This document shows, piece by piece, positions 38,801 through 52,681 of a stretch of 64,000 bases of DNA (its first letter is position 1; each line of letters starts with the position of its first letter). A program made the position numbers and the translations under genes. Below the pieces are notes generated by a model. It ran no database searches. It saw only the letters and a list, made by a program, of their open reading frames with translations, and was not told the DNA's origin. The DNA is taken from assembly GCF_001194135.2 (NCBI RefSeq), contig NC_068987.1:28222466-28286465 (forward strand), read 5' to 3'. Source of the stretch: Octopus bimaculoides. Its lineage: Eukaryota.

Positions 38801-40579
38801 ATCGAAGAAAGGATAGCATTTTCATTCTTTCACAAAAACGATGCAAGTATAAATTCAAATATTGGATGAGGAAAGCCTTGAATCAAATATAATTGATATA
38901 CTTTATGGATGTTGGGGAGGTACTGACGAATTTATTGCTTAATTAAAGATATTGATTTTGCATAATTTTCTCCCATATGGACATTTACCAATCCGTTTAT
39001 GAAATGAAATATTTTTATCAAATTAACCACAGTTGTAGAACTATTATTTCTTACTGTTAACTTAATTAATTTAGTCAATGAATATATCATAATGGGTGCA
39101 GAAGTGTTAAATAAAGAGAGCAACGTTTTAATTGCCTCAGGGAGGCAAGTATAAGAACTGAAAACTCTGCGACCAATTAAATTTATGGAGTATACTGATT
39201 TGAAGTAGCTTTGTTATTCATTTTGGATACAATATTATTGAAATAGAGTCTTGAATATCATGTGCATTTGCAAAACGGGTTCGATTCTTTGAGGAGGAAA
39301 CAAATGGTAATCCACTAATTACCTTTTTAATAAACATGATTGTCAAAAATGCAAAAGAATGTATTATTTTGTGAATGCTTACTATTGATTGAAGGCAATT
39401 CAGCAATTGATTTTAATCGTTAGTTATTACATATGTAGCAGTGATTTAAAGAAATGGTTACCTATGATTTAAATTCCATATTGACAAATATTAGGCTAAT
39501 TAAAACATTAATGTATCACGAACTTATTCTGCCAGAATTATACTGTAAGAAGTATAAGGTGGGTCAGATGGCTCAGCATTTCGAAAATAACTATACAGCG
39601 TTGTCCTTATGAACAATTTTAAGTGTCACAGCTAGAATATGGATACCATTTTTTGTAATGTCTATAGTAATTAGTTATGTTTGTATTCTCTTATGAATAA
39701 ATTATGAAATGATGGTGGAGCGAAAAATATGTGTAATAACTTCAGGATAACAAAACTGATCATTAGAAAATATCAAAAATAAAAATTGACAGGATGGTAG
39801 TTGATCATCCATACATTTGGAGAAATATTTCCTCTATACTCAGGACACTAAAAATATTGAAAAATGTCATTCAGACAAAATACTTGCCAGAAAAGTCACT
39901 GCACTTATGATTCCAAAATTTACGAACCCAAACATATACAGTTCATTCTGTGTTACTTCTAAATCCACTCTTTATCTCAATACAGCTTGTGGCAAAAATC
40001 ATGCAAATTGTATACGGAATGATGTTGTATGTTATGTTTCTATATATCATTCGATGACACATATGCATTAAACTATAACTAGCGAAGTCTGTACTTTCAT
40101 CGCTAAAAGGGATTAACATTAGAATATAAATGTTCATCATCTCTCGTAATAATAAGTGTAAAGGTATATTGAAAAGAGTTTCATGAGTATAAATAAATTT
40201 GGTTAACATGAAAAATAGAAAGCAGCGGTATGTTGTGCTATAACCCCTGAAGAATACGGTAGATCGTCCAGCGTCAGATTTTATGACTTGTGAATTTCTT
40301 GTTATTTCAGACATCTAAGCGCACTGTCTTTTCGGAAAATTTGAAATAACAGCTATAATTCGAATTATCTTATTTGCTTGTCATTTTGATATTTTAAAAC
40401 CCTGAAGGGAGTTATTGATTTTAACTGCAAAGATAATTACAATTCTTCGAATATTGTCAACTCCTACGTACTTACATACATAAATACATCCACACATACA
40501 CACTTACATGCATACAAAGATACATACATGCATGCATAAATAAATATATACATATATATATGCATGTATGTATGTATGC

Positions 40580-40624
<45 letters not shown>

Positions 40625-40673
40625 CACACACACACGCACGCACGCACGCACGCACGCGCATTTAAATAACAAA

Positions 40674-40885
40674 GGGTGCCAAATTGTTCTTTTCTTTGGA
40701 TAAAAGAAAATCCAAGAGGATCTGTTACTTATGATCTTATTCAACGTATTCCTCTCTCAGATTCACACACTTGTTGCAGCAGTCCCGATTTTCTGATCTC
40801 TATAAAAAAAAAAAGAAGTTGAAAGTTTGGGCCTGCAACCAAACCTTTCACGGACACCCTTAAAGCCAGGAATTTTTCAGCACCC
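40674..40885. mobile_element. Short mariner-type MITE (~210 bp), degenerate
   Basis: The right end AAAGCCAGGAATTTTTCAGCACCC is an imperfect inverted match to the left end GGGTGCCAAATTGTTCTTTCTTT. Family assignment is from recall of an Octopus repeat. Confidence 0.55.
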
Positions 40886-41409
40886 ACTTGTAGGTTCGTT
40901 CAGACGAGCGTGACTCTAAATAGCAAGAGAGCCATGAATTTCAGTGGTGGCTGATAGATATTAGATGAGGCATAAATTTCGTTGCTACTAAACACATCGT
41001 ACCTTATGATGTAACAAGAAACTGGAACACCACTCCGCCACCTTTAGACGTTCTGGTAGCCGCTGAACATTCCTGAATGCACTCTTAACTATGGACAGAG
41101 CATACGCAATAGATAAGGGTAGTCTGTATAGTTTTTCTTAATTACTTCTTCTAGTTCAATCTTATTATTAGATTTGGCTAAAAGAAACGAAATTGATATG
41201 CCATCAAATGATAAACAACCTTCTTTAAAACTAATGGCTGCCCGTCTTTTGGAAACAGACAGTGTGAATAATCACATATGCACTCTTTCGTTTGTGAAAC
41301 TTTGAACAATTCAGGTGTAAATTACAGAAAATTAATATCAATACTTTAACCTTAACTTCCCTACTTAAACTGTCGCTACCTGTATTATAGCTTTTGCACC
41401 TCTCTTTCC

Positions 41410-41441
<32 letters not shown>

Positions 41442-42436
41442 CACTCTCTCTATCGATATATATATATATATATATANNNNNNNNNNNNNNNNNNNNNNNN
41501 NNNNNNNNNNNNNNNNNNNNNNNNNNNNNNNNNNNNNNNNNNNNNNNNNNNNNNNNNNNNNNNNNNNNNNNNNNNNNNNNNNNNNNNNNNNNNNNNNNNN
41601 NNNNNNNNNNNNNNNNNNNNNNNNNNNNNNNNNNNNNNNNNNNNNNNNNNNNNNNNNNNNNNNNNNNNNNNNNNNNNNNNNNNNNNNNNNNNNNNNNNNN
41701 NNNNNNNNNNNNNNNNNNNNNNNNNNNNNNNNNNNNNNNNNNNNNNNNNNNNNNNNNNNNNNNNNNNNNNNNNNNNNNNNNNNNNNNNNNNNNNNNNNNN
41801 NNNNNNNNNNNNNNNNNNNNNNNNNNNNNNNNNNNNNNNNNNNNNNNNNNNNNNNNNNNNNNNNNNNNNNNNNNNNNNNNNNNNNNNNNNNNNNNNNNNN
41901 NNNNNNNNNNNNNNNNNNNNNNNNNNNNNNNNNNNNNNNNNNNNNNNNNNNNNNNNNNNNNNNNNNNNNNNNNNNNNNNNNNNNNNNNNNNNNNNNNNNN
42001 NNNNNNNNNNNNNNNNNNNNNNNNNNNNNNNNNNNNNNNNNNNNNNNNNNNNNNNNNNNNNNNNNNNNNNNNNNNNNNNNNNNNNNNNNNNNNNNNNNNN
42101 NNNNNNNNNNNNNNNNNNNNNNNNNNNNNNNNNNNNNNNNNNNNNNNNNNNNNNNNNNNNNNNNNNNNNNNNNNNNNNNNNNNNNNNNNNNNNNNNNNNN
42201 NNNNNNNNNNNNNNNNNNNNNNNNNNNNNNNNNNNNNNNNNNNNNNNNNNNNNNNNNNNNNNNNNNNNNNNNNNNNNNNNNNNNNNNNNNNNNNNNNNNN
42301 NNNNNNNNNNNNNNNNNNNNNNNNNNNNNNNNNNNNNNNNNNNNNNNNNNNNNNNNNNNNNNNNNNNNNNNNNNNNNNNNNNNNNNNNNNNNNNNNNNNN
42401 NNNNNNNNNNNNNNNNNNNNNNNNNNNNNNNNNNNN

Positions 42437-42484
<48 letters not shown>

Positions 42485-43344
42485 GAGAGAGAGAGAGAGA
42501 GAGTTGTGCTCACAGAGAGACAGAGAGAGGGTGATGCGACTGCATTGTGAGGAATGAAAGAATGCTTAATTTCTCTCAAAGGAAACGATTGATCGTGTAC
42601 AAAACGGGTTAAAAATCCTGTTTGGTTCACGTCGTCTCTTTGATCTACTCTCGGAAATAAATATAGTTCATATATGGCCACTAAATCTAGTGAGTCTGAT
42701 TAATTCGATTCGTAGTAATTGGCACAGTTTAACGGTGATTCCTCTTGGCTGCGATAGAAGGGTTTGTTAGCCTAAAACCTAGGATTTAGCCTGAAAAGGA
42801 GATACGTTTGGTGCATAATTCAGAAATAAATTCCAAGAAATTTCTATCTATCCACAGAAATAATTGTGTGTATGTGTGTGTACATGCATGCGTTCGTATG
42901 TGTGTGTGCGTGTGTGAGCGTATGTGTGTGTGTGCATGGGCCCATGTTCATGACGATGAACAGTTTACGTTTATCCTCATAGGTGAGAAACACAAGATAA
43001 ATCTTGGATTCTAATGCATAGAAGCAAAGGGAATGGATGATAAGTACATTGGAAACAAGAAACGCACCGTTGTACGTTGGAGAATAATGGACAGATGCTA
43101 GTACCGATGAATCATCGTCACTAGTGTTTGTCCATCTCCTGATGAGGCTGCATCGGCATATCATACTTTATATGTGCGTGTGTGTATGTATATGTGCACT
43201 TTTGCATGTTTTTGCAGTTTTAATAAAAGCATATTATTCTGTCTTCGGTATTCGAGAACTAATTTTTTCCACATTGTTTCGCATTTATGTGCTTACTCTT
43301 GTACATTGGTATATGTATTTATGTATGTAAATATATATGTATGT

Positions 43345-44255
43345 GCAGGTGTAGGTACGTGGTTAGATGTATGGTTCCTAGGCATATGGCTCTAGGTTCA
43401 TTCCTACTGCGTGGCGCCTTGGGCAACAATCTTCTGCTATAACCTCAAGCTGACCAAATATTTCTGAGTAGATTCTATACATGGAAACTGAAAGTGGTCC
43501 GTCGTATGTATGTATGCATGCATACGTGCATGTATATATGTATGTATGTATGTGTGTATGTATGTATGTATGTATCTATCTATATATATATGTGTGTATG
43601 TGTATATATATATANNNNNNNNNNNNNNNNNNNNNNNNNNNNNNNNNNNNNNNNNNNNNNNNNNNNNNNNNNNNNNNNNNNNNNNNNNNNNNNNNNNNNN
43701 NNNNNNNNNNNNNNNNNNNNNNNNNNNNNNNNNNNNNNNNNNNNNNNNNNNNNNNNNNNNNNNNNNNNNNNNNNNNNNNNNNNNNNNNNNNNNNNNNNNN
43801 NNNNNNNNNNNNNNNNNNNNNNNNNNNNNNNNNNNNNNNNNNNNNNNNNNNNNNNNNNNNNNNNNNNNNNNNNNNNNNNNNNNNNNNNNNNNNNNNNNNN
43901 NNNNNNNNNNNNNNNNNNNNNNNNNNNNNNNNNNNNNNNNNNNNNNNNNNNNNNNNNNNNNNNNNNNNNNNNNNNNNNNNNNNNNNNNNATATATATATA
44001 TGTATACATACACACACACACACATCAATGTTTGTGTCTTTGTGCCTGTGTTTGACCCCAGCACCGCTTGACAACTGGTGTTGATGAGTTTATGTTCCCA
44101 TACCTTAGCGATTCGGCAAAAGTAACCAATACAATAAGTACCAGGCTTAAAAAAAACTAATAATTACTGGGGGGGGGGGCGAATCATCCGCATTAAATTC
44201 TTCAAGGCGGTGAGACACCATGGCCGCAGTCTAATGACTGAAACAATTAAAACAC
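43345..44255 (+). mobile_element. SINE family A, full copy spanning an assembly gap in its central microsatellite
   Basis: Head at 43345-43505, (TATG)/(TA) run plus gap 43615-43989, and tail at 44030-44255 (CAAGGCGGTG..CCATGGCCGCAGTCTAATGACTGAAAC). Confidence 0.8.
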
Positions 44256-44509
44256 TCGCGCGCACGCACACATACAGAAACACACACATATGTATATATA
44301 AGGGTCTGTTTAGACACACACACTCACACACATACTCACTCACACACACACACAGATATATATAAATATGTATGAGTGCATATATTATCTATTTGTAACT
44401 GTATATGTTTGTGTGCGTATCTGTGTGCTTATATCTATCTGTTTCTAAAGATTTCTTCAGATGGTTTCTAAATGAAAAGCAAGAAAGAAAGCCGGTAAAT
44501 ATAATAGAT

Positions 44510-44620
44510 AAACAGACAGATTGACATTCAGACAGACAGACAAATAAACAGACAGACAGACAGATTGACAGACAGACAAACAGACAGATAGATAGATAGA
44601 TAGATAGATAGATGTATACA
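44510..44620. repeat. (GACA)n(GATA)n microsatellite
   Basis: Directly visible. Confidence 0.95.
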
Positions 44621-46320
44621 TACGTACACAAATGGATAGACAGAAAATTCACCATCGATTTTGTGTTATACTTCTCACGAATAAGTGCTGGAGTAACCGA
44701 AATCACTTTTAGCTTTGCTAGTATTTCCTCGTGGCGGTACTATAGACTGCTAGCAAATACAAAGTACAATAGAAAGTTATTTTTGAACTAACATGACATT
44801 TTCCCAAAGAAATGGTGCAGGAAATGAAATCTTTGTCTTGTGATTTTTTTTATTTATTTATTTAATGTTGCCAATTTACATACTATTATTCATCGTTTTA
44901 TTGCTTTTCGGAAAATCATGACGAACTTGTCTTCCCGTGAGTAAATGTATTTGATATATTTGGTTCAGTGTATGTGTTTACAGATATGTACAAATGTATG
45001 TATGTATGTATGCATGCATGTATGTATGTATGTATGTATATGTACGCACGGATACATGAATATATTAAGATATACATATATATATATATAATGCTATGTG
45101 TGTTTGTTTAATTGCAGGTATCTCACAGTAGGAAGGGCCCCAATACACATATACTTATATTTTATTCACTTATAACTCAGGCAACATGTTATATGATTTA
45201 GGAACTTATTCTATCATAAGATTTGTTCTATTTTACATATATTTTAGCAATATATCTTTGTATTCGTAGCAATGCATTTATCCGTTTACATATAATTGCA
45301 GTTATGTGTTTCTCTTGTTATTTTTCTTCTGATGTTCTTTGCGCATGACCAACGCACAGTTAAACCAAAGCCCCCAAAATTTCGCAACCATGCATGTAAC
45401 GGTGCATGAATAAATAACAAATGAAAAAAAATCAAATAAAAATCTTCGATTCCTCTTCCATGCAAAAAAAATACCCATTCTTGATCAATTCCTAAGCCCT
45501 GAAATAGAAATCAATCTCTCCAGCAGCGGCCACAGAATGATACAAGAAAACAATCAAGTCAATTTCGCCTTTTAAACCACCGAGATTTCAGTTCTTTCAC
45601 ATCGAATGCATAAGGTCACGAATGTAAAAATTAATCAATACCAGTGCTATTCTTTCTCATATCTCTATAAATTCGAGTCGATTCTGTATTGAAAAACCAG
45701 GGTTGAAAGTAAGAGTCCTCTATATAATTGTCGTCTCGCTGTTGTATTATTTCAATAACAAAAGCAAAACAAACCAATAATTAGTATGAAACACAGTTTG
45801 CATGTTTTTGATATTCGTATGTCTGCCTGCTGTCAGGCAATTAAGATAATTACTTCATATAATCAGAGGTTTCAGTAAGTGCGGCAAGAGCACGACTTTT
45901 AAATCAGATCTAACTTCCCTTCGGGCTATAATCGCTGAAGGAGTATTTCATATTGATACAAGCTAACAAAATGTTTTAAATACTGTTTCTGTCATATTGT
46001 ACCAATTTACAGCGAACTATAATACGATTCTGTGGTGTTAAATGCACATCCCTAGATTCAAGATACTGGTTACACCAGGGCATGAAAAGCAGAATTACTA
46101 GACTGTTACAAATAGCGAAGACATTTCTAATAAATGACAGGTTTATAGATGCCCCAAAGTTATCAGTTAACAAATGATTGTGAGCCAAATATTCATTAAA
46201 TCCTGAAACAATAAGTTAGTACCCATAATATTCAGAAGTAGATATATTCCAATATACCTATGTTCTAGAAAAAAAAAAATTTCCGTCTACCTAGAGGATG
46301 AAATTAATATTTACAAGTAA

Positions 46321-46535
46321 GAAGGCAGCGAGCTGACAGAATAGTCAGCCCGCCAGAAAAATGCTTAGCACCATTAAGTCCTTCTTCACGTTCTGGGTTC
46401 AAGTTCCACCATGGTCGATTTTGACTTTCATCATTTTGGGATCGATTAAATAAGTAACAGTTAAGCATTGGTCTTGATGCAATCGACTCATCCCTATCCC
46501 GAAATTGCTGGCCTTATTTCACAAATTTGAAAATA
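46321..46535 (+). mobile_element. SINE family B
   Basis: GAAGGCAGCGAGCTGACAGAATAGTCAGC...TTCACGTTCTGGGTTCAAGTTCCACC...TGGCCTT. Confidence 0.82.
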
Positions 46536-46942
46536 AAACTTACAAGTAATATAAGTAAACTTAGTTTTATATCATCATTTTATCTCATCATATGACATAG
46601 CAACATGCCATTGTGTCATATCGATTATACAGATTACTACTATAAGCATAGAGTGCATAGTGCTGCAAGATGTAATGAGATACCATATGATAATTTAAGT
46701 TGATCCCTCTTCAAAGAAAATAAAGACACCATTTGATAATATAATTAGTATATTCTAGTGGTTTGCTGAGAGCGCTATTAAGGTTTAACCAGCTGCAGGG
46801 GACTTAACCGAGCTGACGACGTGGTTTCTTGTTCGCTCGATTCTATTGAATTTCGTCGATGCCATTAACACTTCTGCAAAAGTAGTCTGAGCATCAAAAT
46901 ATCTTCCCATAGAAATCCATATATTTCTTGAAACTGAAACTG

Positions 46943-47290
46943 CTTTGCAGCAATTCGTTCGTCTTTACGTTCCGAGTTCGAATTCCACTGAGGCTGACTT
47001 TGACTTTCATCCTTTTGGGGACGATAACATAGGTACCACTGAAGCACTGGAATCGATATAATCGACTAGCCATTTCCCCCAAGATTTTAGGGATTGTGCT
47101 TATGGCAGACGCTATTTTCTTAAAGGTGAACTCCCAGAATCATTACTATGTCGGAAAATACATTTAGAAGCATTTCTTCAAGTTTTTCGCTCTGACTTCA
47201 AATGTCGCCAAGGTTGACTTTGCTTTACATCCTTTAGGGGCCGATGAAATAATTAATCAATGTAATCCATCATCACCTAGCCCCGAAGTT
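46943..47290 (+). mobile_element. Two 5'-truncated SINE family B copies (46943-47115; 47151-47285)
   Basis: Both contain the TTTACGTTCCGAGTTCGAATTCC / CTCTGACTTCAAATGTCGCC-AGG.TGACTTTG..TT.CATCCTTT.GGGG core. Confidence 0.72.
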
Positions 47291-47473
47291 TTACACTTTA
47301 TAGTGTTTATGATAGACTGACAGATTATTGTTAAAGACTTTACTGACATGATTGTCCTGTCTTCTCCAGGCTTCGCGAACACATGTCTATGTTATGCAAT
47401 GTGTTGAGCAAAATTTGACTCCTGTTTCCAGCATGTCGTGCGACTACGTAAAATCTCTCATATTTGTATAACT

Positions 47474-47680
47474 GGCAGCCAGGCAGCAGACTAGCAGAAT
47501 GGTTAGCATACCGGATAAAAAGCTTATGGGAATTTCTTCGTACGACCCGCGTTCCAATTCCACCGAGATCGACTGACTTTGCTTTTCGGCGTCGATAAGT
47601 ACCAATTTAGCACTGGGGCGGTGTAACTGACTTAGCTTCTGACCTTAAATTTTCTGACCTTTTGCCAAAATTTGATAGTG
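47474..47680 (+). mobile_element. SINE family B
   Basis: GGCAGCAGACTAGCAGAATGGTTAGCATACCGG...TTCCACCGAGATCGAC...GACCTTTTGCCAAAATTTGA. Confidence 0.75.
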
Positions 47681-48421
47681 GTTGGACTGTTAAAGCGGTA
47701 AATAGTTAATATCTTTTAATTCATGTTTCTGATACTACCGCAGGATACTTTGCCTTTCATTTCTTTGGCTCTATGAAATACGTGGAAGCAAAATAATATA
47801 GCTAATAAGTCATTTATACGCTCTCCGCTCCCTCAAAATTGGCTTGTGCCAACGTAAAAGCATATAATAGCAATATTATGAAAGAAAATTGGTATAGTAC
47901 TGGATTAAAGCCCCCACGAAATTTAATTATGTACAGCAGTCATATTTGTGGCAACGTACCAAACTTTGAAATTATTATAAATGATGCTTTGGTTGTTGCT
48001 ATTGTCATTGTTATTGTTTACTTGTAGTGGGAAATAGATATTTGTAAATTAGAAATAGCTTCAGATTTCTTTTCTCTATTTATCAGGGCACATGTGATTA
48101 TTTGCAAATTAAATATGGCGTTAAGTAAAAAAAAACACTTTAAAAATATATCATATGTCTCATTTTACCCTCTGATCAAATGTTTAATTATTCTGCAATC
48201 TCTTATGGCCTTGTAGAAGAAGTTTACTTTGTGGTTTAGGAATTTAGTATCTATAAGATTATTTGCTGATAAGAAAGGGGTTATGGAAATACTAATGATG
48301 ATTGGTAACGTAGTAAATGAGTTCCAATTACATACATACATACACACATAAAAACATACATACACACATAAAAACATACATACATACAAATATAGATATA
48401 TATGTATATATATGTATGTAT

Positions 48422-48454
<33 letters not shown>

Positions 48455-48660
48455 NNNNNNNNNNNNNNNNNNNNNNNNNNNNNNNNNNNNNNNNNNNNNN
48501 NNNNNNNNNNNNNNNNNNNNNNNNNNNNNNNNNNNNNNNNNNNNNNNNNNNNNNNNNNNNNNNNNNNNNNNNNNNNNNNNNNNNNNNNNNNNNNNNNNNN
48601 NNNNNNNNNNNNNNNNNNNNNNNNNNNNNNNNNNNNNNNNNNNNNNNNNNNNNNNNNNNN

Positions 48661-48691
<31 letters not shown>

Positions 48692-50376
48692 CACGCATAC
48701 ACACACATACAATCACGCGTACAACCATACACACACATTCAACACTCCTACTGTCTGACAAAGAGACTATGCATAAATCCATGTAATTCAATGTATTTAT
48801 TGCGATGACAGATGATACTAAGCTTCCATCAAATTGAGGTTCCATTGCCGACGTCAACTTCCTGCTGAATCTTCACAAGTTTTAAGTGTATAATAGAGAG
48901 GATTGAACCAAAATACTGTAAAGCACCTAATATACTGTGAGTTATACTGTGAGTTATTTATACTGTGAGTTATTTGCGCTAGCGTCAATGTAATTGCTCT
49001 GATACATAAGCAGAAGATTCACAACACGTTCGAATCGTAAGGGTAACTGTTGGCCTCCAAAACGTAGAGTTAAAAGACCACTAACAGTCGGTGTTCTTCT
49101 TTAACTATGCATAGAACATGTATTCGCAGAGATCCAAACGCATAAACACCTGCTTAGATAAGAGTCTTTTGTTAGCATACAATGTTGTTTTCAAATCTCT
49201 TGATATGAGTAGAAACTTTTGATAGACTAGCATATCTAGAAAGCAGATCTTTCTCTTTCAGATTCACTTATGTGTGTGCATATATATATATATATATACT
49301 TTCTCTGTCAAATACACTTACGTATTTATATACGATTGCGTGCGCGTGTGAGAAGATGCTTGAAAAAAGTTAAGGAAGTATACCAGTAACTCCACACTTT
49401 TCACAGAAAATATAAAATGATGAAGCCTTCCTGAATTTTATTCTGAATACTAATAACTGCGAAAGCGAAGTCGGTTCTGTTCAGATTGACTTATTTCTCT
49501 TTTTCTTTAGAAACCAATTCAATTTTCCAACAAACTACTTTTGTTACCGCTGAATGATGTATATATATGCATAAAACAACAACAACAAACTGTTCTTCAG
49601 TTTTTGCTAATCTTCTTTTGAAATTCTAAATACTTCCATTACTTTATCACTATATTATTTTCTGCTGGATCACATGGCAGGAAGCTAATTCTATTGTTAA
49701 TCTTTATCATTTCCATTTGTGATTATAAGCTATCAGTTATCTGAAATATTCTAGTGTGGAACTAAATACTTTAAGATATTGCGTTTTGTTCATGTTGCTT
49801 CTGCGTTCAAATTCAACGGGAATTATGTTGCTTCCATAGATAAAAATAAGTATTATTGATGAATTAGCTTGAAATCAGTCTAATACGGTCATTCCCTTAA
49901 AAATTTTATCTTGTGCTTACTTAAAAACCTAATTTCACATGGATACTTTCATTCTATACTGTAGATCCTAGCCTTACACTTTATTGAATAGCTAATTAAA
50001 TGTAAGATCTCATTACATACTCATACACACACATTTACTCACACATATTGCATGCATATAAGAGTGCGTTCAAGTGTGTACTAAAGGCGAGCGAGTAACT
50101 TGTAATCTTCTTTTATATGGCATCATCTTACGATTGGCCAAAAGGTGAAAAAGAAATAAAATAATAGATAATCGATGTAATATTTCTGTTATCAAACAAA
50201 CAATTTAGAGGCGATGAATCCTGAAATTTCTTTCAATGCTGCTTTTTGTCGACACATCTCAAATCTTATTGATTGTTTTCTGTCGATTTTTTCTGTCATT
50301 TGAAACTAATGGCTGTATTCAGGAAACTAAAAGGACAAGTTGGATATATTTTCCCAATGTTACTGTTTGATAAGAC

Positions 50377-50377
<1 letters not shown>

Positions 50378-50411
<34 letters not shown>

Positions 50412-50462
50412 AGATGGTGGTGGTGATAATAGTAGTGGCTGCAGCAGCAGCGGTAGTTGTTG
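50378..50462. repeat. (GTA)n with GTG/GCA triplets, compound microsatellite
   Basis: Directly visible. Confidence 0.9.
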
Positions 50463-51599
50463 GAGTATTTTTCATCGAGTCGTGGAGCACGTTTGTTTTG
50501 TTTTTATATAAAAGTGCTACTCTCTGCTCTACCTTTATTTCTCTCTACATTTATTTCATTTATCTAGCAGCATTCTCCCGCTGTCTTTCTTTTCTAACCT
50601 ATCTTCCTGCTTTTTCTTTTCCCTTTCATTTGTCATTGATCATGATCAAGTAGACCACTATTATGGTCAGTTTCAAATATCATCTGTAGTTGGTTTTCAA
50701 GTGCCACACTTGTCTCATATACTTACATGTCTTCACGTCTTCACACCTAGTCTTTCACCTAATCCTTCTGCAAAGTATTTCTGTCAGTTTTCTACTATCT
50801 CATGAAATCAGTTTTCTTTTTGCTTTCTACATGTATTCCCATAAACCTGCTGATTTATTTGGTTATTTATTTCGTGTGTCTGCTATAATTCACTATTGAC
50901 CGATTACTTTGCGTTATTTTATTTTCCTTTTGTCTTTGCTATAGTTCACGTTTTCTATGTCTAACTTTGCCTTTCTAAGGTTGCTGGGGTTTTCTGCTTT
51001 ATAAATTTTTCTGAAGTCAAAACGAACTAAAACTTATCATATTTATTGTCCACTATTAGTCGGAACAAAAGGTAATGCTTCTCGAAATGTTTCTGCTGAT
51101 GTTATTACCCCAGATACTAGTGTACTTGTAGCTGACAAAAGCGGCAGTATTTACGATGGACGATGGAATGGATAATGATGTTGATGATGATCATGAGAGA
51201 AAAGTAGGAAAGCAAAGTAGTGTTAATAAGGATAAAGATGGCTTCAACAAAAATGTATGATAGTAATTTTTTTTATTAATTGATTAATTGATATATGAAA
51301 TTTTAGTCAAAATCTGTCGTCATCCAATGGTTTCATGCAAGACATTCATAAGTGTGAAGTAGTTTATATTAGTTTTGATCAAGAAGATATCCTACAGCGT
51401 CCTGTCAGATGACGATAACAATTCGTTTTGAGGTCAACTCGGTCTACTTTTTTGAGTTGATGAATAACATCGTAGCTGAGAGTGGTGGAGTGCACGAATT
51501 GTTGTAGCGTCAAGTAAAATACTTTCTGGAATTTATTCAGACAGTGCATACTGAGTTTAAATTCCACCAAGAGGACAATGGTCAGAGCTAAGTTTCCTA

Positions 51600-52470
51600 A
51601 TCACCTTCGAATGACCATTGTTGGTAATCAAGAGTATAACTTGTAAGCTTAAAACAGGAACACATGCTGGAAAGCATCCAACAACAATTTTAAAAGAAGA
51701 TTAAATGGGAAGTTATATGAACGCAAATTCAATTTCATTTAACGTTATAATCTCTGGAGAGAAATCTATAAAATGTTTTGAATAGGTGTTTAGCTAGACT
51801 TCAAACTACCATTGTCGACCTACAAAAATGTATCATCTTAAATTCTACAAAAATCCTAAGGAAGGTTCTGGGGAATTGTGGAGAGATAGTGTCACCAAAT
51901 CTCAAGATAAAATCTGATTGGAAGTGTTATCATGTAAACGTTTTGTCTCGGTATAAAAGATGGGCTGCAGCAAATATTCTGCTCAATACAACAGATTTGC
52001 TTGTCATTTGTTTGACGATAACCAGTTGAGCATGTCACTTGGTGGCTGACGATAACCAGTTGAACATGTCACTCGGTGCCTGACGATATGGTTGTTGACG
52101 AGCAGAAGTAGTGGCGTAGCATCATAGCCATGTGTTGTGAGTAATTCTTTGAGGTTTGAATAATTCACCACTGGAAACATGGGTGCTTCGTTCATCATCG
52201 TTAAAAAACCTTTACTCAGAGAACTTTTGAGTAAGATGGATTACTCGATCTGAAGAGAATTCTAACTGATCCCCACGAGAAAATCATGCGCTGTTTATCT
52301 TGATATGAGATCACCTTGTAGCGCACATATGGTTGTGATGAATGTGTCTATGTATCCTTATCAGATGAGTAACCATGATGGGTACATTGCGTTTCGTATA
52401 TTTGTAGTCCAGTAGCACATTTATGACATGCGCTGCTCTGTCACTCAACAACAGCAACAACATCAACAAT
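51600..52470 (+). mobile_element. 3' end of an R4/Dong-like (RLE) non-LTR retrotransposon with 3' UTR and (CAA)n tail
   Basis: DLQKCIILNSTKILRKVLG (51817-51873) resembles the RLE-LINE C-terminal LQKxxxLxTxxILRKVL motif. It is followed by a GC-richer UTR-like block ending TCACTCAACAACAGCAACAAC. Confidence 0.55.
52006..52087 (+). repeat. 33-bp tandem repeat, about 2.3 copies
   Basis: TGACGATAACCAGTTGAGCATGTCACTTGGTGGC / TGACGATAACCAGTTGAACATGTCACTCGGTGCC / TGACGATA. Confidence 0.9.
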
Positions 52471-52681
52471 CCTAACTACTAAAGGCATGAGGCCTAAAAT
52501 TTGGGGGAGGGGACTTGTCAATTACATCGACTCCAGTGTTTCAGTGGTACTTACTTTAGGAACCCCGAAAGGATGAATGCCAAACTTGACTCCGACGGAA
52601 TTTGAACTCCGAACATGCAAACAGACGAAGTGCCGCTAAGCATTTCGCCCGGCGTGCTAACGATTCTGCCAGCTCGTCGGC
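52470..52681 (-). mobile_element. SINE family B
   Basis: Reverse complement of the family B consensus, ending CGATTCTGCCAGCTCGTCGGC. Confidence 0.88.

Noticed and set aside
38900-39620. Third NACHT-like impression on the plus strand (NVLIASGR, ETNGNPLITFLI, KVGQMA)
   Set aside because: The motifs are short, in different frames, and lack Walker A or B support.
45856-45905. Perfect Walker A pattern IIRGFSKCGKST on the plus strand
   Set aside because: It is bounded by stops and has no correctly spaced Walker B. About one GxxxxGK[ST] match is expected by chance in six frames of 64 kb.
48790-48980. DDTKL motif and a 12-bp ATACTGTGAGTT triplication
   Set aside because: A single short RT-like motif is not enough to call a LINE, and the triplication is ordinary slippage.
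50296-50490. Thr/Ala-rich mucin-like ORF on the minus strand
   Set aside because: It is a translation of a (GTA)n/(GCA)n microsatellite with no splice or homology support.
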